From Octopus sinensis (taxonomy: Eukaryota): DNA of 64,000 bases. The translations under genes and the position numbers were made by a program. Positions 53,778 through 64,000 of the stretch are shown one piece after another. Positions within the stretch are counted from its first letter, which is position 1, and every line of letters begins with the position of its first letter. Below the pieces are notes generated by a model. That model was not told the DNA's origin. It was given only the letters and a program-made list of their open reading frames with translations, and ran no database searches. The stretch spans positions 135,842,001-135,906,000 of the forward strand of contig NC_042997.1 in NCBI RefSeq assembly GCF_006345805.1, read 5' to 3'.

Positions 53778-54894
53778 AGTATTAACATATTTGACATATA
53801 ACATAGAGATTGTTGTAAAAATAAGCAATGTGTAATTTATCATTTCGTTTGAATCTATTTCATTTGATTTATGCTGCTGACGTATTTCACACCTGCATGA
53901 ATGACGTTTCAGCTTCTCTCCTGTATTTTCCAGGTGCCGTTTCTAATTCAACATTAGTATTTTTAAATTCAAATAGCATCAATATTAAAATAAGTGTTTT
54001 AACTGAAGTGATGAGATAGAGTATTCCATTATCAATTGTTAGAGACCTGGAAATCAAATGCACTAAATAAATGGCTACTTAGAAATTTATTTTGGTTAAA
54101 TTTTTTTACGGACATCCTTTTATTAACTGCCTCAGCTGCTTCGACAGAATTTCTCTTCACAATTACAAACATCAAAGTTGTACGGGTACATGAAAATCTC
54201 ACGTAAAACATTTCACCGATTCCGATATTAACATTTCATAACCTGTTGTGAAGCTAAAAATATTTTGTAGAATATATTTTACTCTCCAACTATGGTATAG
54301 ATTGAATTCTACATGTTCTGTTCATAACTGAACGAAAAAGAAAATTATAACAAAACTAAAAAGAAAAGCTGTTAGATCATTTTTTCTGATATATTTTTTG
54401 TATCGACTTTTATTTATTCGGATAAAATGTTTAGTTTCTTAATATGATTTATGTAATTCAGAAAATATTTTCAAATGTTTTCCACAACAGAGAAACAGAG
54501 TCCCAGTTATAAGAAATAGGTAAAAGAACATTAAATAGCAGACATCAATAATAATAACTACAGTATTTCCACTGAAGTTGTGCTTTTGCACAAATTTCTT
54601 TTGATATCTTAGCAATTTTGAAATATTCTACGCTTTTCATAAACAATACAAGTCTTTTTACTAGTATATTTGTCTAATATGATTGAGATGAAGAAATAAA
54701 ATACGTAGAAATTTCACTTCAAAAAATATGCCATACTTTTTGAAGTGAAATTTGAACAGAATAAAGCGTTAGACTAAAATTTGGTACTTCTTATCCGATT
54801 TAGAATTATACTATTTCTCAGCTTTTTTTCACTGTGATAGGAGTTAAACGGTTTCTACCTAAGCAGCTTTTTAAAGAATGCATCTACATTGGTA

Positions 54895-55052
54895 CAGGAG
54901 TGACTATGTGGTAACTAACTTGCTTACCAACCACATGGTTCCATGTTCAGTCCCACTGCGTAGCATCTTGGGCAAGTGACTTCTACTATAGCTTCCGGCC
55001 GACCAAAGCCTTCTGAGTGGATTTGGTAGACGGAAACTGAAAGACCGTCGTA

Positions 55053-55053
<1 letters not shown>
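54895..55053 (+). mobile_element. SINE head
   Basis: Same family as 27624; ends in (TA)n. Confidence 0.85.
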
Positions 55054-55084
<31 letters not shown>

Positions 55085-55093
<9 letters not shown>

Positions 55094-57129
55094 ATAAATA
55101 TTAGGGAATAAATCCAAATTTACAGGGAAAAATCAGATTTAGGATTGAATCCAATTTTATAGTAAAATATAATATAATATTAATTAGAGACAAAACCACT
55201 ATTATGCAAATCAAACGAAGAAAGACTTAATCCAATACATAAAAAAATTTATATAAATTAAATATAATTAAGATTAATTAAGATATCCACTACGATCGTT
55301 TCTTGTCACTTCAATGGACATTCATCAGTGTTTTTTCAAGACCTAAAATATATCAATATTTTTAAGATATAAATTGAAATGACTAATATATATAAAATAT
55401 AAAATTATCAATGAAAGATATATATAATAATCAAAACTAAAATAACCTCTATAAACTATTGTATATAATAAACCTAGTATTTAAATTCTCATATTTAAAG
55501 ATGAAATAGCTAATTTCAAAAAACAACAAAACCAAAAATAAAATATATATATACACACTTGCTCATGCAAATATATCCATGTATGTATATAAACATATCT
55601 AAATATATACACAAACTCACACACACACATATATATCTATACATACACATAAACATATAGACAAAGATAAATTTATAATGTAGCTGTATACTTCTACACA
55701 TTACTTATTCATACTCCCACACACACACATACAATCTCTCATTCATAAACAAATTCTCTCAGCATGATAATAACACAGAGGAAATATAACATCCAGTAGC
55801 CGCAGATACTCAACCACATACTTATAGAAATATTTCATTCTTATTAAAATATTAAATACTATATACTATATATATGTAATAACCATATATAAATACGTAA
55901 ACAAACACACACACATATATATTCTATATACTATATGCATTTAATAAACATATATAAATACGTAAATAAACACACACACGTATATATTTATACCTACAAA
56001 ATACATAAAGACCATATTTCTACACATTAATAATGCATACTCACACACACACACATACAATCAATCATTCATACATAACCGTATTCACACTGCAAAACTC
56101 TAACACAGAGGAGGAATATATTATTAAGTAAGGAATATTCCTATAAGTATGTAGCTGAGTATCTGTGTCTACTGGATTTGTTTCTCCTCTGTGTTAGAGT
56201 TTTGCAGTGTGAATACGGTTATGTATGAATGATTGATTGTATGTGTGTGTGTGTGTGTGAGTATGCATTATTAATGTGTAGAAATATGGTCTTTATGTAT
56301 TTTGTAGGTATAAATATATACGTGTGTGTGTTTATTTACGTATTTATATATGTTTATTAAATGCATATAGTATATAGAATATATATGTGTGTGTGTTTGT
56401 TTACGTATTTATATATGGTTATTACATATATATAGTATATAGTATTTAATATTTTAATAAGAATGAAATATTTCTATAAGTTTGTGGTTGAGTATCTGCG
56501 GCTACTGGATGTTATATTTCCTCTGTGTTATTATCATGCTGAGAGAATTTGTTTATGAATGAGAGATTGTATGTGTATGTGTGGGAGTATGAATAAGTAA
56601 TGTGTAGAAGTATACAGCTACATTATAAATTTATCTTTGTCTATATGTTTATGTGTATGTATAGATATATATGTGTGTGTGTGAGTTTGTGTATGTATTT
56701 AGATATGTTTATATACATACATGGATATATTTGCATGAGCAAGTGTGTATATATATTTTTTATTTTTTGTTTTTTGTTTTTTGAAATTAGCTATTTCATC
56801 TTTAAATATGAGAATTTAAATACTAGGTTTCATTATATACAATCGTTTATAGAGGTTATTTTAGTTCTTGATTATTATATATATTTTCATTGATAATTTT
56901 ATATTTTATATATATTAGTCATTTCAAATTTATATCTTAAAAATATTGATTATATTTTAGGTCTTGAAATCACCTGATGAATCTCCATTGAAGTGACAAG
57001 AAACGATCGTAGTGGATATCTTAATTAATCTTAATTATATTTAATTTATATAAAATATTTTATGTATTGGATTATGTCTTTCTTTGGTTGATTTGCATAA
57101 TAGTGGTTTTGTCTCTAATTAATATTATA
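55085..57129. mobile_element. ~1.95-kb imperfect palindrome made of two head-to-head copies of an AT-rich HHR-bearing element
   Basis: Arms 55173-56113 and 56184-57129, 70-bp spacer; HHR-like motifs at 55287-55330 (-) and 56969-57017 (+) with ACGATCGT stem III. Confidence 0.9.
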
Positions 57130-59310
<2,181 letters not shown>

Positions 59311-59478
59311 ATTTATATTTTTTAAAAAAACATACAAATTTCCACACGAAATCACGTAACTTCAAACGTGTCTTCTCTGATGTGAATTTTCTACCCAGGT
59401 ATCGGTTAACCGAATTATCCATAACAAGATAATTCATTCAACTACTCAAATATATATATATGTGTGTGTGTGTGTGTG

Positions 59479-59521
<43 letters not shown>

Positions 59522-59555
59522 TGTGTGTGCGTGTGTGTGTGTCTGTGTGTGTGTA

Positions 59556-59755
59556 TGTGTTTGTCCCCCAACATCGCTTGACAACCGATGCTGGTGTGTT
59601 TACGGCCCCGTAACCTAGCGGTTCGGCAAAAGCACCGATAGAAAAAGTACAAGGCTTACAAGGAATAAGTCCTGGGGTCGATTTCTTCGACTAAAGGCGG
59701 TGCTCCAGCATGGCCGCAGTCAAATGACTGAAGCAAGTAGAAGAGTAAAAGAGAT
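59556..59755 (+). mobile_element. SINE tail preceded by (TA)(TG)n
   Basis: gtgtttgtccccc...ggggtcgatttcttcgactaaaggcggtgctccagcatggccgcagtcaaatgactg, as in the intact copies. Confidence 0.85.
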
Positions 59756-61067
59756 AAGTTATTATCAGCTGGAGAGTGTTGATTCACTTTCCACACGTCG
59801 AAAGAAAAGTCAGTGAGTTATGTATTTTTGATTCTGTGACGAGCAGTGAGGCTTTGGTGGGAATACCTAAGACAAATCCTTCATATCCTGTATAGAGTAT
59901 ATAATGATTTTAAAAGTAATAAAATATTGCAGTTCCAAAGTAGACGCAATGTAATGTGGTTTGTATAATTGTATATGTTTCAATAGAAATAAAGAAATAT
60001 ACCGGTGCAAATGTATTTATGACTGATACAGAGTAGATAATCAATTTAAAGAAAGAAAGTTAAGGTTATAATTGAAACCTAGAGTTGCTATGGTTTAACT
60101 ATTAAATTAGGCTAAACATTCAAAACTAATTATATAAATTCACTGTGGCTACCAAATCACTTAGTGTTTCACATGATATCATTCATTGCTCGTTTCTTTC
60201 CAACTCAAATGTTATGTGATGGTGTTTTAAACCTTTCAAGTATCATGTCAACCTTCCGTTGTAAATTTGTACATCTTCCTTACAATATGCATTTCCAAGA
60301 ACTAGTAAAGGTTATTAATTATGCTTCTTTTACACTTAGACTCATCAGTGGCTTTGTTTATAGGTTGCTCCTACATACCGAATAAAGCGACTGCATCTGA
60401 AATTATTATCAAGTAAATTAGATGAAGTACAATACAAATATAAAAATAGTTTTTGATAAACATTCCGAAAGAAAACAGAAGAGAAAGCAAAAACTTAAAT
60501 TTTGTATAGATAGCGTATATCCTCTCACGTCACTATTTCTGTATTCTAAAATGTTATCTCTTCATATTCATGTCTCTTTCGCTTTTTTTAAATTGAATAT
60601 CATTCCCAATATGAATAGATCTCAACTTCTTTTTTACTTTTTTGTGTTACGTGTGTGGTGTGTGTGCGTGTACTTGTGTGTGCCTGTGTGCGTGTGTTGT
60701 ATGTGTAGGTGTAAACGTGTGTCTCAAACAAATTTAAATTATTATAGAAATTCCGAAAGAAATGTTACTCTGTAAAGTTATATCCAAAGGAATTCATATA
60801 ATTTTAGTATCTTTTTTTAATGAATATCATTGGAATGGAATGAGAAAATATCTATTTTGATTCTCCGTTAACATTTAACACAAAAGAAGCCTTGGTTTTG
60901 CACTAGGTTTGATTGACAGGCAGTCATATACATTTATTCCGAAATATTTCTTTTTATAAATATTCATAGTTTTATAATATATTCAACTTAGAAAAAGTTG
61001 ATTGTGAATGATAAAATAAACGATTAAGGTATATGTATATATATATACCTTAATCGTTCAATATACA

Positions 61068-61127
<60 letters not shown>

Positions 61128-61671
61128 GCATGTATGTGCGTATGTGTGTGCAGTGCATGCGTGCGTGTGTGTGTACATATGTATATATATTCTGGTGGAA
61201 TATATATATATATATAATAAATAAATAAAATGACATGAAATATTAAATATATTGGTAATATTGTCTGCCACTAACATATAATCTAAAGTGAATCAGAATG
61301 GAATTTAATACGTATTTTATGTGTAATAAATATGAGCTAAACTGCTAAATGGAAAGGCTATAAAATATTTTATTATTATAAGTTTAACATTATCAGCAAC
61401 TCTCACTTTTTCTTATACATAGTAATTTATATTTACCTTGAGGCATTTCTCTTCGGAGTAATTTCTTGATTTTGTCTAAGTAAATATATATATTTTAAAA
61501 TTTCTCTTTGGACAATTTGTTTCAGTTTTCTACATTCAATGCTGATAATGGAATATAAAAACCAGAATATCAGACTTTAATATCTGAAAAGAAAACGAGT
61601 GACAGTTTAGTTGATATAGTCCAAAGTTCATTACGTCTAGAATGCATTTATTCTAATCTGCTGAAACACAG

Positions 61672-61833
61672 CTGCGTTGGAGCAATGCAACAACATACAG
61701 GGTCATGTTACCATTCAACACGGGTATGACAATGCAGGAAGTTATTGAAACCTTATATTCTCCAGCTGACGACGAAGTGGTGTTTTTTTTCAACTGGCTA
61801 TTACCTATAAATGTTATGCAAGATACTTTTAAA
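61672..61833 (+). CDS. Candidate 162-nt phase-0 exon of an unidentified gene
   Basis: ctaat...acacag| acceptor, 54 open codons (LRWSNATTYRVMLPFNTGMTMQEVIETLYSPADDEVVFFFNWLLPINVMQDTFK), |gtatgt donor; weak pyrimidine tract, no homology recognised. Confidence 0.3.
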
Positions 61834-62005
61834 GTATGTATGCATACTGATATAATAACATACACACGAGTGCGCACCTAATTACACGAATACGCACACA
61901 CAAAGGCACACACACACACACATTTATATATATAATGAAAATAATAATGCAATACGAATGTATTACTTTCCAGTAAACGATAGCCCATAAGGGTAAAATT
62001 ATACA

Positions 62006-62372
62006 TATAAAAGTAGATAAATGCTACAACAAGGCAACAATATTTACTGGAAAATATCAATCGTAATAAATACAACGCTATCGTATAGCTTCACTGCGTA
62101 TATACTAGAAAATACGCATGTGTGCAACAAACAATGGAAAAAAACTTGTCTTACCTCTAGGAAGAACATCTGATAAATGGACAACCTAGAATCGGATAAT
62201 GAAGGACCGGTTTCTGACTCTTCAGATACGTTTGACAACGTAAATTTGATTAGTCTTCATCAGCTGCATTTACCTAGACAAGATTTCAAATGTTGCCACA
62301 TCAATACCAGTATACTCGTCTGAACGCCAAAACGTTCCAGTAATATTGGTGCCTTGTTGTACCATTTATCTA

Positions 62373-62380
<8 letters not shown>
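62006..62380 (-). mobile_element. ~375-bp element with ~46-bp imperfect terminal inverted repeats and an internal HHR
   Basis: 62006-62052 versus the reverse complement of 62335-62380; followed by (TA)n. Confidence 0.65.
62199..62269 (-). ncRNA. Type I hammerhead ribozyme with canonical core
   Basis: atgcag-CTGATGA-a gact..agtc a-GAAAC-CG-GTC-cttcat; stem I has 5 of 6 pairs; stem III ACCGGT is palindromic. Confidence 0.8.
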
Positions 62381-62448
<68 letters not shown>

Positions 62449-62452
<4 letters not shown>

Positions 62453-63025
62453 TGCGATGGGTATATTGTCGCCATTTTATATTTTAATTTCGCGCATGCG
62501 CGTTGTTCGGTTTTGATTTTATTGACTACACAGTCTTATATGGTCAGTTGGGCATCGACTATGAGAAAAACACCAGCATGACACAATTCTCTCTGCCAGG
62601 AATTTGGAAACGACATACTGTACTGCTTCGCATTCGTGCTCCAGTTCGAAGAGATGGTGAACAAAACATGTACCGAAATGTGATAAAATTCAAACATCCA
62701 GTCAATATCATGGTGTTTAGAGTGATCACTAGTGATGGTGACATTATGCTTCCATCTTCTCACACGGCCTCAGACTCAACACTGAGGCCTACATCAAGTG
62801 CCTGGAGGAGGTAGTGCTGCGCTAGATCAAGAGAGTGGCTGATGAAAGACCCTAAATCTGGCAACAGGACTCTGCACCATGCCACACAAGCAGGAGAACC
62901 CAGTTATGGTTGTCAGAATTTCTACGACCACATCACCCCTAACATCTAGGCATCTAACTCCTCAGACCGCAACCCTCTCGATTATTATGTGTGGAGAGCA
63001 GTTGAGTGAGAGACCAACGAAACTC
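62449..63025 (+). mobile_element. Internally deleted DD37D (maT) element
   Basis: 5' end plus MTQFSLPGIWKRHTVLL joined directly to KHPVNIMVFRVITSDGDIM..WQQDSAPCHT..NPLDYYVW; homologous to 26385-26740. Confidence 0.85.
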
Positions 63026-63112
63026 TTTGTAACACCAAACATGAACTGAAAGCAAGGATTATGGCAGCATTCACCAACTTAAGCAAATTTTTCATTGTCG
63101 TTATATCCATAT

Positions 63113-63531
63113 ATATGTGTGTCTGTGTTTCTCAATATATATGAATGTATATGTGTATATGTATGTATATGTGTATATAAACATGTATAAAAGTATGTTT
63201 ATGTATGTGAGAGTGTGGGTGCATCTTTGTGTGTTGTAGGTGTGTAAATGTGTCTATGTGTGTGTGTGCGTATGTGTGTGCATGTATGGGGAATTATATA
63301 TACTTTGATATATGAGCGTATATGTGTGTCTGTATTTCTCAATATATATGAATGTATATGTGTATATGTATGTATATGTGTATATAAACATGTATAAAAG
63401 TATGTTTATGTATGTGAGAGTGTGGGTGCATCTTTGTGTGTTGTAGGTGTGTAAATGTGTCTATGTGTGTGTGTGCGTATGTGTGTGCATGTATGGGGAA
63501 TTATATATACTTTGATATATGAGCGTATATG
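63113..63531. repeat. 207-bp tandem duplication, two near-identical copies
   Basis: ctcaatatatatgaatg at 63131 and 63338; one mismatch seen. Confidence 0.95.
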
Positions 63532-63689
63532 CATATAGAATTATGACTCCAAACTCTAACTCTCTCACACTCACTCTCTCTCTTCATCTCTCTCTATCTT
63601 TCTGTCGCTCTATCTATCTATCTCCCTATGTCTTACTCTCTCTCCTTTGTGTTCTTTTGGGCTTGCTCTTCATTCTCTCCCTTCACTAA

Positions 63690-63755
63690 ATATATATATG
63701 TATATATATATATATACATATATATATACATATATATATATACATATATATATAC

Positions 63756-63815
<60 letters not shown>

Positions 63816-63868
63816 TATATATATATACATATATATATACGTATATATATATATACATATATATATAC

Positions 63869-63948
<80 letters not shown>
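63690..63948. repeat. Long interrupted (TA)n microsatellite, representative of many (TA)n, (TG)n and (TACA)n tracts in the window
   Basis: Read directly; such tracts explain the YIYI/CVCV/HTHT/MYVC ORFs. Confidence 0.97.
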
Positions 63949-63952
<4 letters not shown>

Positions 63953-64000
63953 CAATTCTAATGCATACCTCACATTAATATAACAACTACATACCTTAAA

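Noticed and set aside
53900-54260. Splice-acceptor-like sites and short open frames on both strands
   Set aside because: No matching donors or recognisable peptides.
60280-60352. Minus-strand CTGATGA...GAAAT-GC-ATA
   Set aside because: Stems I and II cannot be paired convincingly.
62044-62238. Minus-strand ORF ending at an AG/GTAAG donor-like site
   Set aside because: It overlaps the hammerhead element and is better explained as repeat sequence.

Overview
AT-rich eukaryotic non-coding DNA, dense in microsatellites and decayed transposons. The SINE families and repeat make-up look like a cephalopod (Octopus-like) genome; this is inferred from recognised repeats, not from a database search. 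No intact host gene is evident, only one weak candidate exon at 61672-61833. Nearly all ORFs in the supplied track are microsatellite or transposon artefacts. Recognisable debris includes hAT, two mariner, two DD37D/maT and one pogo DNA transposon, CR1/L2-like, RTE, Tx1/L1, HERO-like and R4/Dong-like LINE fragments, tRNA-derived SINEs, and Penelope-like element (PLE) RT and GIY-YIG fragments. The main unexplained signal is about 20 hammerhead-ribozyme (HHR)-like motifs from roughly a dozen sequence contexts, found by eye. Most are minimal type I folds with a self-complementary stem III, and they include non-canonical cores (CCGAUGA, and UUGAAAA with a U3-A8 swap). They lie in short non-coding insertions that repeatedly show a fold-back (inverted duplicate) end and sit next to TA/CA microsatellites. 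The highlights are a 6 x ~545-bp head-to-tail array with one HHR-like motif per unit (retrozyme-like), a TSD-flanked sibling of it at 18 kb, and a tRNA-headed SINE with an HHR tail. All RNA folds were paired by hand and no activity is shown.
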